Shown in pieces: positions 48,941-59,074 of a stretch of DNA of 64,000 bases. This DNA comes from Ignavibacteriales bacterium (lineage in GTDB: Bacteria > Bacteroidota > Ignavibacteria > UBA10030): assembly GCA_026390585.1 (NCBI GenBank), contig JAPLFP010000365.1, positions 6,768 through 70,767 on the forward strand. The letters are read 5' to 3'. The first letter of the stretch is position 1. Each line of letters begins with the position of its first letter. The translations under genes were made by a program, and so were the position numbers. The notes under the pieces were generated by a model. The model was given only the letters and a program-made list of their open reading frames with translations. It searched no databases and had not been told where the DNA came from.

Positions 48941-50725
48941 ATGAAATTAGTGAAATTCAGAAGAATCGTAACGCTCACATGTGCATTGGTGCTGGTGGGA
49001 ATCATGAATACACGCGGACAACAAAGTACATGGGTTGACTCGACACTTGCCTCCATGACGCTCGAAGAGAAGGTCGGGCAACTCTTCGTTGCGGACCTCG
49101 TTGCAGTCTTTTCAAACAGGGAAAGTCCAAACTTCCAGCTGGCGCTTGAGTGGGTTCGCAAGTACCACGTAGGAGGTTTTGTTCTCGCCGGCGGAATTGT
49201 GACAGATATTGCTTTGATGACAAACGCTCTTCAGCGTGAATCCAAAATACCACTTCTCATCAACGGCGACTTGGAGGGAGGACTTTGGTTCAATCACCCG
49301 TACCGCTGGCAGAGGGGGAGAGCCCCGGAGTTGCCGAAGTTCATAGGCGGTGGAGGCACATCGCTACCATCCCTGATGGCCATCGGTGCGACTGGAAATC
49401 CCCGATATGCCTACGAATTTGGCAGAATAACGGGCGAAGAAGCTCGTGCGGTTGGCATTCATTGGACGAACTCCCCGGTTGCCGACGTAAACATCAATCC
49501 CAACAATCCCATTATCAACACAAGATCATTTGGCGAGGATCCGACTGAAGTCGCGAGAATGGTCGAGGCATACGTACGGGGGGTGCAGTCAGCCGGACTG
49601 ATGGCGACGGTGAAACACTTCCCGGGACATGGGGACACGCAAGAAGACACCCACATGAAGTTGCCGTTGCTGCCGTTCGACCGCGCGAGGCTTGATTCGG
49701 TAGAATTTGTTCCGTTCGAAGCCGGCATCAAAGCGGGAGTAAAATCAGTGATGACAGCCCACATAGCGCTGCCGAAGGTTGATCCGGTGAAACGCCCTTC
49801 CACGCTCTCACCTGTGATAATAACGGAGATTCTCCGCGGATCATTGGGCTTCAATGGTATTGTTGTCACCGATGGAATGACCATGCAGGGGGTGACGGAC
49901 AACAATACACCCGATGAAGCGGCGGTCAAAGCGATTGAGGCAGGTGTCGATGTGGTTCTGGTTCCGGAAGATTTTGCCAAAGCGTACGATGGTGTGCTTC
50001 GCGCAGTGAAGTCGGGTCGCATTTCGTCGCAACGTCTGGATCAATCGGTGCGTCATCTCCTTGAGGCAAAGATGTGGGTCGGACTCGGACAGCAACGGTT
50101 GGTAAATATTGAGGAAATATCGAACATCGTTGCCTCACCAAAGGCAGAAGTGATCGCGGACTCCATGTTCAGAGATGCTGTTACCCTTTTGAGAAACGAG
50201 GGGCACGTCGTGCCTCTCAAGAAAAAAGCACGAGTACACATCGTGTCAATCACGGATGAACCCGATTTCATTGTCGGTGAGGCGTTGGGCGAGGTGGTAC
50301 AAAGTGGTATACAGTCTGCAACGATTTCGCGACTTTGGAACGGCTCGAGCAAAGAAACGATTGATCAGATCACAACGCAGCTTCGGAATGCGGATATGGT
50401 TGTGTTGGGAGTGTACGTCTCCATTGGTGCCTGGAAAGGTGAAAACAAGTTCTCCGCGGATTTGCAGGCTTTCTTCAAAAAACTCTCCCGCAGCAAGAAA
50501 CCTGTCATCACGATCGCGTTTGGCGATCCCTATGTATTGGGCAGGATGCCTTTGGGCGATGGCATGATCGCAGCCTACGCAGGCTTGCGCAAATCTGAAG
50601 AAGCTGTCGGCAGAGCACTTATTGGTACGGCGGAGGTGCTTGGGAGACTGCCGGTGACGATTCCCGGAAAGTTCAAACGCGGCGATGGAATTCATCTGAT
50701 GCCGGCACAGAGATCAGGGAAATAA
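48941..50725 (+). CDS. GH3 beta-N-acetylhexosaminidase (NagZ-like), secreted
   Basis: Signal peptide; NTRSFG.DP, KHFPGHGDTQEDTH, VVTDGM.M. Confidence 0.87.
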   Translation: MKLVKFRRIVTLTCALVLVGIMNTRGQQSTWVDSTLASMTLEEKVGQLFVADLVAVFSNRESPNFQLALEWVRKYHVGGFVLAGGIVTDIALMTNALQRESKIPLLINGDLEGGLWFNHPYRWQRGRAPELPKFIGGGGTSLPSLMAIGATGNPRYAYEFGRITGEEARAVGIHWTNSPVADVNINPNNPIINTRSFGEDPTEVARMVEAYVRGVQSAGLMATVKHFPGHGDTQEDTHMKLPLLPFDRARLDSVEFVPFEAGIKAGVKSVMTAHIALPKVDPVKRPSTLSPVIITEILRGSLGFNGIVVTDGMTMQGVTDNNTPDEAAVKAIEAGVDVVLVPEDFAKAYDGVLRAVKSGRISSQRLDQSVRHLLEAKMWVGLGQQRLVNIEEISNIVASPKAEVIADSMFRDAVTLLRNEGHVVPLKKKARVHIVSITDEPDFIVGEALGEVVQSGIQSATISRLWNGSSKETIDQITTQLRNADMVVLGVYVSIGAWKGENKFSADLQAFFKKLSRSKKPVITIAFGDPYVLGRMPLGDGMIAAYAGLRKSEEAVGRALIGTAEVLGRLPVTIPGKFKRGDGIHLMPAQRSGK

Positions 50726-50727
50726 TC

Positions 50728-51750
50728 ATGTCGCTAACAACCACATTTGTTGGTTTGACGTTGCAGAGCCCTGTGATTGTTGCCTCCGGCCCGGCGAGCC
50801 ACGACGTGAACCAGATTCGACTCGCCCAGGAGCAGAAAGCAGGAGCTGTCGTACTCAAGACGGCGTGTTCGGACAAGTACATCCACATGCGCTCCTGGCC
50901 GCGGCCCCGGTACAAACTGCTCGATTGGGATAAACAAATCGCTGGTCGCTCCAAGGCATTCAGCCTGTATGCATACGAGCAAGGATACAGTGGAACGCTT
51001 GAAGATTATTGGCAATTCATCAAGGTCTGCAAAAAGCACGCTTCAGTCCCGATCATCGGAAGTATTTTCGCGGACGAAGCTCACGAGTGGAAAGAAATGG
51101 CGGTGAAGGTTGAACAAAGCGGCGCAGATGCGATCGAACTCGACATTTCTTCACCGCATCGCCCGGGGAGTCTGGGATTTGAGAAAACGTTTGTTGCGGC
51201 GATCAAGGCAGTCGTTTCTGCGGTGAAGTTTCCAGTGCTCGTCAAACTCTCTCCCGGACCGGACGTCGTCCAGCAGTCCATCAGTGCGCAGGAATGCGGG
51301 GCAAAGGCTGTAACGCTTTGTAATCGACTTCGCGGCGTCGATGTGGATATTGAAAACCAACGACCAATTCTCCATGGCTACTTTGGAGGTATTGGTGGAC
51401 CCTGGGCGAAGTACTACACATTTCGACACGTGGCTGAAGCGGCACAGGCTGTCTCGATCCCCATTAGTGGGACAGGGGGAACGATGAGCGGGGAGGATGT
51501 CATAAAGTATATCATGCTTGGGGCAACAACAGTGCAGATCCTCTCCGTCATCATGATCAACGGGTGGGAATCGATCGGGCGAATCAACGGGGAGATCGAG
51601 CAGCACATGAAACAGAAGGGGATTTCTTCGCTCGATCAGATTCGGGGCAAAGCGCTTGAGTCTATGACCTACCCCGATGAAATTATCCGCTGGTCAGGGG
51701 AGTCGAAAAAAGGCCCCAGGAACACATGGAACGAGGAAAAGAGCGAGTAG
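50728..51750 (+). CDS. Dihydroorotate/dihydropyrimidine dehydrogenase-like FMN protein with an atypical active site
   Basis: PVIVASGP, GAVVLKT, IIGSI, ELDISSPH, LVKLSP, ISGTGG, GATTVQI. Confidence 0.8.
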   Translation: MSLTTTFVGLTLQSPVIVASGPASHDVNQIRLAQEQKAGAVVLKTACSDKYIHMRSWPRPRYKLLDWDKQIAGRSKAFSLYAYEQGYSGTLEDYWQFIKVCKKHASVPIIGSIFADEAHEWKEMAVKVEQSGADAIELDISSPHRPGSLGFEKTFVAAIKAVVSAVKFPVLVKLSPGPDVVQQSISAQECGAKAVTLCNRLRGVDVDIENQRPILHGYFGGIGGPWAKYYTFRHVAEAAQAVSIPISGTGGTMSGEDVIKYIMLGATTVQILSVIMINGWESIGRINGEIEQHMKQKGISSLDQIRGKALESMTYPDEIIRWSGESKKGPRNTWNEEKSE

Positions 51751-51767
51751 TGCGTAGGCTGAGAGCA

Positions 51768-52097
51768 ATGGACAACGAACAAGCAAAATACCCGGGACTG
51801 CCTCCGCTTCCACCTCCATTTGTCAAGGATTTCCCGCCGGTTGCGGTGGTCGTAGAGGAGAAGTGTATCGCCTGTGACCGATGTCCGCCTCTCTGCTTCT
51901 TCGATGCAATCGTGATGGAACTCCGTCCCGCGCACAAATACAAGAGGACAGCAGTTGTCATCACCGAAAATTGCACCGGTTGCGGGTTGTGTTTTGAAGC
52001 TTGTCCTGTTGACGCATTTGTATGGGTTCCCGATAAGAAGCCGGGCGCCAGGCCCTCGAAGGCAACAGGCGAATCTGAAAGAGACCTGAGTGCATGA
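51768..52097 (+). CDS. 2x[4Fe-4S] dicluster ferredoxin-like protein
   Basis: CIACDRCPPLC and CTGCGLCFEACP. Confidence 0.88.
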   Translation: MDNEQAKYPGLPPLPPPFVKDFPPVAVVVEEKCIACDRCPPLCFFDAIVMELRPAHKYKRTAVVITENCTGCGLCFEACPVDAFVWVPDKKPGARPSKATGESERDLSA

Positions 52098-52711
52098 GAG
52101 TCGTTGATCTGACACATCCGATTACATCTGAAATCCCGGTTTATTTTCCATGGCATCCACCGACTGTGCTGGAACGTACGGCGACCTATAAGGAAAATCG
52201 GTGCGAAGTACGCAGGCTGAGTATCGGCACACACAGTGGGACGCACATCGACGCTCCGAGTCATGTCCTCGAGGGGAAACCAACACTCGACGAATATGAT
52301 CCGGGGCTTTGGTACATCGATGCGCAGGTTCTTGATTTCACTCCGCGGGATCCGGGGAAAGAAATTTTGCGGGAGGAGGTGGCGGCGAAGCTCAAAACGA
52401 AAGGCGTTGGAGTGGTCATAAAAACAGGCTGGGATGCGGAGTTCGGAAAGAAAGACTACTACAAGAGCTATCCTCCGCTGAGCACATATGCCGCAGAATT
52501 TCTTGTCGAGATGAATGTCCCCGTCGTTGCCGCCGATACACCGTACACACTTGATGTGCACTATGTGCTTCTGAACCACGGTATTCCCCTGGTGACGAAC
52601 CTGAACAATACCGGGCAACTGAAAGAAGGAATGATCAAACTCATCGCGGCGCCATTGCTCATTAAAGGTAGCGACGGAGCTCCGGCACGCGTCTTGGCGG
52701 TCATCGAATAG
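52094..52711 (+). CDS. Cyclase-family (KynB-like) metal hydrolase
   Basis: VDLTHP, HSGTHIDAPSH, GSDGAPARV.A. Confidence 0.85.
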   Translation: MRVVDLTHPITSEIPVYFPWHPPTVLERTATYKENRCEVRRLSIGTHSGTHIDAPSHVLEGKPTLDEYDPGLWYIDAQVLDFTPRDPGKEILREEVAAKLKTKGVGVVIKTGWDAEFGKKDYYKSYPPLSTYAAEFLVEMNVPVVAADTPYTLDVHYVLLNHGIPLVTNLNNTGQLKEGMIKLIAAPLLIKGSDGAPARVLAVIE

Positions 52712-52719
52712 AAGATCCA

Positions 52720-53847
52720 ATGGAAGCGGCCACAAAACTCCTTTCTGATCTTGTAGCGATTCCCAGCATGAACCCCATGGGGCGCGGCCGCATGGGGAAG
52801 GAATATTGTGAGCAGTCGATTGCAGAGTTTGTCGCAGAGTTCTTGAGGAAAGCATCGATCGATGCTGAGTTACAGCAAGTCTCTCCCGGCAGGCCGAACG
52901 TCATTGGCTCTGTTTCCGTTGGTGCTCAGGAAACGCTCATGCTGGAGGCACACCTTGATACCGTCTTTGCGGATTCAATGTTGATTGATCCCTTTGACCC
53001 CATCATTCGCGATGGGAAACTCTACGGACGAGGAGCGTGCGACACGAAAGGCTCAATTGCAGCTTTCCTGCAAGCTGTGGTCAATTCGCTAAAGGCTGTA
53101 AAGAACATGCGCTATAACGTTCTTTTGCTCTTTGTCTCTGATGAAGAGTACCGTTTTGCGGGTGCCCAATATGCTGTTCGCCATGGTCTGAAAACCGACT
53201 TTGGTATTGCTGGCGAACCTACACAGCTCAGAATTGTGCGAGCCCACAAGGGAGTGACGCGTTGGAAGATCCTCACGCAAGGAGTCGCTGCTCACTCTGC
53301 CTATCCGGAGAGAGGAAAAAATGCAATTTATGCCATGGCGAAAGTCATTGAAAAGCTGCAACAGTATGCAGAAGAACTAAGCACTGGACCCCTTCATCAG
53401 TTGTTGGGAACCCCATCGCTGAGTGTTGGCGTCATCGAAGGTGGGCAGGCGGTAAATGTCGTTCCCGATCATTGCTGGATTGAAATCGACCGACGCACAC
53501 TTCCCGGTGAAACAACACAAAGTGTTCTTGAGCCGATCCATTCCCTTCTCAATGATCTTGAAGGATGCGAAATACGAGAACCGCATCTCTCTGTGGCAGG
53601 AATGGAAGTTGCCGACTACGCTCCCATTGTTCAAGACTTGGCTCAAGCGGTACGATCGGTATGCGGAGATGCTATCGTGGAAGCGGCACACTATGCGACG
53701 GATGCCGGCATCTACAATTCAGTTGGCGTGCCGACGGTGGTATTTGGGCCTGGGAACATCGCCCAGGCACACACAGAGTCTGAGTATATCGAGCTTCAGC
53801 AACTTCACCAGGCAACTACAATTATCGAAAGGTTCCTAACATCGTGA
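52720..53847 (+). CDS. M20 (ArgE/DapE-like) N-acyl amino acid hydrolase
   Basis: HLDTV, YGRGACDTKG, DEE, GEPT, HKG, AHS, GPG.I.QAH...E. Confidence 0.88.
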   Translation: MEAATKLLSDLVAIPSMNPMGRGRMGKEYCEQSIAEFVAEFLRKASIDAELQQVSPGRPNVIGSVSVGAQETLMLEAHLDTVFADSMLIDPFDPIIRDGKLYGRGACDTKGSIAAFLQAVVNSLKAVKNMRYNVLLLFVSDEEYRFAGAQYAVRHGLKTDFGIAGEPTQLRIVRAHKGVTRWKILTQGVAAHSAYPERGKNAIYAMAKVIEKLQQYAEELSTGPLHQLLGTPSLSVGVIEGGQAVNVVPDHCWIEIDRRTLPGETTQSVLEPIHSLLNDLEGCEIREPHLSVAGMEVADYAPIVQDLAQAVRSVCGDAIVEAAHYATDAGIYNSVGVPTVVFGPGNIAQAHTESEYIELQQLHQATTIIERFLTS

Positions 53848-54755
53848 TTCTCGGCCTGGACATCGGCGGTACAAAAACAGCGGTTGTTGTCGGAACAACG
53901 CGCGGGCAGATTCGCTGGCGAAAGCAATTTCCCACAATGCCTGAGCGTGGATTTCCACCAGTCTTTGCAGAGTTATCTGCATCGATACGGGAAGCTCTTT
54001 CTGGTTCACCCGAGCGAGTCGAAGCTATAAGCGTCTCGATTGGCGGTCCGCTAAACGTGCTGGAGGGGATTGTTCAATCCCCCCCGAATCTGCCTGGATG
54101 GGACAACATTCCGTTGAAGCGTCTCCTCAAAGAACAATTCGCCCTTCCCGTGTACGTGGAGCACGATGGAAATGCAGGTGCGCTTGCGGAGTTCTATTTT
54201 GGGGCTGGGAAAGGACATCGAAATATCGTTTTCCTCACGATGGGAACGGGATTTGGGGCGGGTCTGATACTCGATGGAAAACTCTATCGCGGGACAAGTG
54301 ATACGGCAGGAGAGATCGGCCACATCCGCATTGCAGAGGATGGACCGCTTTGCTATGGAAAGGCAGGATCATTGGAGGGATTTGGCAGCGGAACCGGAAT
54401 GGCAAAGCTCGCCCATACGATGTTCCCGAGGGTTTGGGGAGAAGCGACCACCATCTTGGAAGTGTACACATCGTTCACCCAGGGCTCATCAGAAGCACGT
54501 CAGGTATTCGAGCGCGTGGGATTCTCGTTGGGGCGTGCGTTTGCGATGCTTGCCGACCTGCTAAATCCGGAGCAGATTATTCTTGGAGGACTTGGAATGA
54601 GGATTGGCGACGCATTCCTTCCAAAGGCCGAAGAGATCTTTCAATTGGAAGCTCTTCCGCAGACGAGGCACGCATGCAAGATTGTCCCGGCACAACTGGG
54701 CGAGCACATCGGAGATGTCGCTGCTCTCTGTGCTGCCCTCAATCAGGGAGCATGA
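53844..54755 (+). CDS. ROK-family sugar kinase
   Basis: GLDIGGTK, EHDGNAGALAE, TMGTGFGAG, AGEIGH, GSLE. Confidence 0.9.
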   Translation: MILGLDIGGTKTAVVVGTTRGQIRWRKQFPTMPERGFPPVFAELSASIREALSGSPERVEAISVSIGGPLNVLEGIVQSPPNLPGWDNIPLKRLLKEQFALPVYVEHDGNAGALAEFYFGAGKGHRNIVFLTMGTGFGAGLILDGKLYRGTSDTAGEIGHIRIAEDGPLCYGKAGSLEGFGSGTGMAKLAHTMFPRVWGEATTILEVYTSFTQGSSEARQVFERVGFSLGRAFAMLADLLNPEQIILGGLGMRIGDAFLPKAEEIFQLEALPQTRHACKIVPAQLGEHIGDVAALCAALNQGA

Positions 54756-54826
54756 GAAGAAGGCTAGTATCAGAAAATGGATCTGCGGGCTAAGAGACTT
54801 GAACAACAAATGAAGGAGTTGATGGT

Positions 54827-57070
54827 ATGACCAAAATCAGCAGAGTGATCTTCCTCAGTCTTGTTTGCATTGGTTCGGCGTTGTCCCAGAAGGCTCTCTA
54901 TCTGGAACAAATAAAGAACGCAGCAGAACAAGGATGGCGTGACAATCCCCGCATCATTGAACAATGGAAACGCGACTACAAACCAAGCATTCTCTGGGGA
55001 TACAACTCTCCAGGCTATCCGGTCTATCTTGCTGGAACCCTGGGATTTCTGTATGAAGTAACAAAGGATGAAGCATACGCACGGCGAACGGCGGAATTGC
55101 TGTTGTCGTATGGTGAGCTCCGAAACTCGTATCCGAAAGATTACTGGAAAACACGCGCGGAGTATGTCAATGGTATTCCCGCGATTTCAAATTTCTTCTT
55201 CATGCCGCCGTACATTCGGGCATATCTCAGAATCCGGACTAGCAATGTTTTGAATGAGCAGTCGCGTCGAACAATCGAAGAAGACATTGCAGGAAGCGCG
55301 GACTTCGTCTTCTTCTTTCCGGAATGGGGGACGCACAACAGAGCCATGCTTCGAGCCGAGGCCTTGATCTACGCAGCGCAAGCTCTTCCTCATCATCCGC
55401 ACGCCACAAAGTGGAAACAGATGGCCAAGGTTTTGGCGGACGACAGCATGAAGCAGTGGGAAATTGAAGATGCGACGGTGTACCATCCGGTGTGGCTTAC
55501 AGCCCTCTATTCATATGCTGATGCATCCGCTCAACCCGAATTGTTCGATTCACCGTTGACGAAATATTATCAGCAATACTTTCTAAAACTCATTGGTCCT
55601 CATGGCATCGTGCCGGAATTTGGTGATGCACGGTGGACCTCAGCCCTTGAAGGCTTGCGGTTTGTGGCAATCTTCGAAAAGGGAGCCGCAGTCTACAAAG
55701 ATCCGGAACTCAAGTGGGCAGCCAAGAGCACATTCGAAGCCGCGAGAAAAAATAATTCCCCGCTCGGTGTCGGTGAGGCGTACTATCTCTCTGACGCATA
55801 TCGTTGGGCGGACGAATCTGTTCAACCGAAACAACCAAAGAGCTTGTCGCAGGAAGTTCTGGAAGATGTTGTCGGCAAGAAAATCGTCTTCCGCAACGGA
55901 TGGGAACCTTCGAGTACCTATATGCTCCTCAACTACCGGGATGAAGGGGATGGAGGGTGGACGCACCGTGAGTTTCTTCGACAGACGATCTCTGTCGAGG
56001 AGGAGAAAATGACCCACGGGCATGCGGACGAGAACAGTATCCCCCTGCTCATGAGCGAGGGTTCCGTCCTTCTGCATGACGCTGACTACCGGAGCGATTT
56101 GCCGAGCGGCCCCTACGGTGCCTGGCGGCAGGACTACTTCCACAACCGGCTTGTTGCGCGATCAGGCAAGCGGGATAGCCATCAGGGACTTCTGGAGTTC
56201 GTTCAAAACTCCGGTGCATATCGTGCGGTCAGAACCCAGAAGATCGATTTCCTGAACCTCAAGGAAGTCGACATGAGCCGGACGAGGGTCATCGACGAAG
56301 ATCTCGGGTATCAATCCGATCGGGTTATCACCTATGTCAAGGAAGAGAACTGGTTTGTGGTTGTCGATGCCGTGAAGATCCTTCGGTCTGGCTACTACAC
56401 ATTCTCGACTATGTGGCATGCGCTGAATCTGCTGGCAAAAGGGAAAGACTACTTCGATGTTGCAACAGACTCCATCCCGGGATCTAAATTCCCCACAAAC
56501 TGTTCGCTTCTCATGGTTTTTCCGGAAACGTATGCGAAAACCATCGGTGTCGAACCGATATCGCGAAGCAACCAGAAAGAAAACGCAATCTATCAAACGA
56601 TTTCGAGTCAATACAAAGCAGGTGATACAGAATTGTTTGTGACCGTGCTCATTCCCCATCGACGTGGAGTGAAGATCGAGAATTTGAAATCCAGAATCAA
56701 ACTCGTGGACGTTACCGCTCCGTATCGGGCTCTTGGGCTTCAACTCGACCGCGGAGACCGCACATCCTCTCTCTGTGTAAAAATCGATCAGACCATGGAT
56801 ATTGCGAGGGAGAACATACGTCCTCGGTATCTTTATGCTCTCGGCAAGGTCGGTTACGGTGACTTTGAAACAGACGCGCATTACATGTTCGCGACTGTCA
56901 GTAAGAATAGTGTCACGTACTCTGCCTCCAATGTTCTTAAGGTTCTTTACAAAGGAAAGCCTCTGATGGAGGCGTTGGCGAACGCGCACGGTTTACAGCT
57001 TGATGGATCACCAGATCGGGTCGGTTATGTTAAGTGGAGATATTGGGAAGACACTGTTGAACAGAAATAG
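54827..57070 (+). CDS. Secreted heparinase II/III-like (lyase-fold) protein
   Basis: Signal peptide ends SALS/Q; PEFGD, IVFRNGW, HGHADENS..L...G..LL.D. Confidence 0.6.
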   Translation: MTKISRVIFLSLVCIGSALSQKALYLEQIKNAAEQGWRDNPRIIEQWKRDYKPSILWGYNSPGYPVYLAGTLGFLYEVTKDEAYARRTAELLLSYGELRNSYPKDYWKTRAEYVNGIPAISNFFFMPPYIRAYLRIRTSNVLNEQSRRTIEEDIAGSADFVFFFPEWGTHNRAMLRAEALIYAAQALPHHPHATKWKQMAKVLADDSMKQWEIEDATVYHPVWLTALYSYADASAQPELFDSPLTKYYQQYFLKLIGPHGIVPEFGDARWTSALEGLRFVAIFEKGAAVYKDPELKWAAKSTFEAARKNNSPLGVGEAYYLSDAYRWADESVQPKQPKSLSQEVLEDVVGKKIVFRNGWEPSSTYMLLNYRDEGDGGWTHREFLRQTISVEEEKMTHGHADENSIPLLMSEGSVLLHDADYRSDLPSGPYGAWRQDYFHNRLVARSGKRDSHQGLLEFVQNSGAYRAVRTQKIDFLNLKEVDMSRTRVIDEDLGYQSDRVITYVKEENWFVVVDAVKILRSGYYTFSTMWHALNLLAKGKDYFDVATDSIPGSKFPTNCSLLMVFPETYAKTIGVEPISRSNQKENAIYQTISSQYKAGDTELFVTVLIPHRRGVKIENLKSRIKLVDVTAPYRALGLQLDRGDRTSSLCVKIDQTMDIARENIRPRYLYALGKVGYGDFETDAHYMFATVSKNSVTYSASNVLKVLYKGKPLMEALANAHGLQLDGSPDRVGYVKWRYWEDTVEQK

Positions 57071-57091
57071 GCGTACGGTCGAGGGCTGGAA

Positions 57092-58030
57092 ATGGTAACG
57101 ACGATAACATTGAATCCCATGCTTGACAAAACGATCTACGTTGATCGGTTGGAGCGCGGGACGATTCATCGTGCGTTGAAAATGGAAATGGTCGCCGGAG
57201 GGAAGGGGATCAATGTGTCGCGCCAGCTCAAGCGCCTGGGAATCAATACCATAGCAACGGGGTTCCTGGGAGGAGAAGTTGGCTCCATCGTGTTACGATT
57301 GTTGACGGAGGAATCGATGGAACACGACTTCGTTCGCACACAAGCGGCGACACGCGAAGGGCTCACCTATCTCGAGCCTGATGGGGCATGGACGGCAATG
57401 TTTGAGCCTCCGCTCCGCGTTGAGCAGTCGTCTGCTCACGAACTAAGCAGAAAGATTGGTGAACTTGCCTCGAAGAGCACCTGGATTGTGTGTGGTGGAA
57501 GCTCACCGGGCGATGAGGCCGATGAAATTTTTTATGAGGCCATTGTTCTTGCCCATCGTAACGGAATTTCGAGTGTGCTCGATTCTTACGGTCGTGCGTT
57601 TGAGCTTGGACTGAAAGCAAAACCTACGATGGTCAAGCCAAACAAGCGCGAATTCGAAATGACGTTTCACCAATCTCTGACAACAGAATCGGACCATGTC
57701 CGCGCGGTCCAATTCCTACTGGAACAAGGCGCCCAGTACAGTATCCTCACCAATGGCGGTCATATGTTCTACGCCGGAATCCAGGGACACTTCTGGAAAG
57801 TAACGCCGCCCCCGACGAAAGCGGTGAACCCCACCGGCTCGGGAGATGCTCTCGTGGCCGGGATTCTGTATGGATTTCATCAGGGTTGGAAGTTCGAACG
57901 GTGTCTTGCATTCGGCGCAGCGGCGGGAGCGGCAAACGCCCGCGTATGGGAAGTCGCGAACACAAATCTTCAGGAAATCTTGTCACTTGAATCGAGTGTC
58001 AAAATTCAACGAGTGAGTGTTAAGAAATGA
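57092..58030 (+). CDS. 1-phosphofructokinase-type (FruK/LacC) PfkB hexose kinase
   Basis: TITLNP.LD, GGKGINVS, VKPNKRE, NPTGSGDA. Confidence 0.88.
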   Translation: MVTTITLNPMLDKTIYVDRLERGTIHRALKMEMVAGGKGINVSRQLKRLGINTIATGFLGGEVGSIVLRLLTEESMEHDFVRTQAATREGLTYLEPDGAWTAMFEPPLRVEQSSAHELSRKIGELASKSTWIVCGGSSPGDEADEIFYEAIVLAHRNGISSVLDSYGRAFELGLKAKPTMVKPNKREFEMTFHQSLTTESDHVRAVQFLLEQGAQYSILTNGGHMFYAGIQGHFWKVTPPPTKAVNPTGSGDALVAGILYGFHQGWKFERCLAFGAAAGAANARVWEVANTNLQEILSLESSVKIQRVSVKK

Positions 58031-59058
58031 ACAGAAGATTTGAGCAGGCCTTGAATTGCGAAGCTCCGGATCGGATACCATTCCTGCCGGCGATCTATGA
58101 ACACAAGGCATGGTTTGTCGGAGAAACTCCATCGAAAGTATGCCAAGACTCTCAGCTCTTCACAACCGCACTTCTGGCCGAGTATGAGCGCGTGCATCCG
58201 GACGCGCTGACAATCGGAATTGATGTCTACAATGTGGAGGCGGAGGCGATCGGATGCAAGGTGATCTACTATGAGGGGAACGATACGTCGGTTCCCGCGA
58301 TAGCACCTGAGGGCGTGGTTTTTCGAGGCTCGAAAGAGGTTGCATCGCTCAAAATGCCTGATCCCCGAAAAGACGGCAGAATGCCCCTGAACCTCGAGGT
58401 CGCCGGCAACATCATGAAAGTTCTCGGCAAAGAAGTGCCGATTCGAGCGGCCCTTTCAGGACCACTCTCACTTGCGGCACACTTGGCCGGACTGGAGAAT
58501 CTCTTCATGCTTATGTTTACCCAGCCCGATCTTGCACGCGAGCTTCTCGGTTTTGCCTGCGAAGTGATCAAGCGATATGGTCAAGCCTTTATTGAACTCG
58601 GCTGCGGTGTTGTGCTTTTTGATTCTCAAGCTTCCCCCGATTTACTCTCGCCACTTTTGTACCGTGAGTTTGTTCTCCCGAGGACGCGCGCTCTGATTGA
58701 ACACTTCCACCAGCAGGGAGTCAGGAACGTCCCTCTGATTATCGGGGGGAATACGACGAAAATGCTGGATGAATACCTCGAAACCGGTGCGAATAACGTG
58801 TTGTGTGACAAGAAAGCAGATGTAAAGGAGTTTTTGCACAAGTGTTCCGCTGCCCGTAGAGCATTCAGGCGCAATATGGATTCCACTGACTTTGCGACGA
58901 TCTCTTCTGAAGATGTTTATCGCCGCACAGTAGATTGTCTGAAGGAATCAAACGGCTATCCTGGATTCATCCTTGGCACGATCATACTACCGTACGGAAC
59001 ACCGCTCTCGGCTCTCGCTGCAATCCGGAGCGCACTTCAGGAATACAAACATTCGTAA
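58027..59058 (+). CDS. URO-D/MtaA-CmuA-like methyltransferase-superfamily protein
   Basis: DRIPFLP, EAEAIG, DGRMP..LE, GP.SLAA.L.G.E, DS.AS..LLSP..YREF..P. ATGA overlap with the kinase gene. Confidence 0.8.
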   Translation: MNRRFEQALNCEAPDRIPFLPAIYEHKAWFVGETPSKVCQDSQLFTTALLAEYERVHPDALTIGIDVYNVEAEAIGCKVIYYEGNDTSVPAIAPEGVVFRGSKEVASLKMPDPRKDGRMPLNLEVAGNIMKVLGKEVPIRAALSGPLSLAAHLAGLENLFMLMFTQPDLARELLGFACEVIKRYGQAFIELGCGVVLFDSQASPDLLSPLLYREFVLPRTRALIEHFHQQGVRNVPLIIGGNTTKMLDEYLETGANNVLCDKKADVKEFLHKCSAARRAFRRNMDSTDFATISSEDVYRRTVDCLKESNGYPGFILGTIILPYGTPLSALAAIRSALQEYKHS

Positions 59059-59074
59059 GTCGGACTAGGGCCCT

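Noticed and set aside
51683-52855. 390-aa minus-strand ORF, and other long antisense ORFs (e.g. 27659-28444, 17952-18779, 44236-45084, 56162-56989)
   Set aside because: Each lies opposite a well-supported plus-strand gene and has no recognisable motifs; they are antisense shadows.
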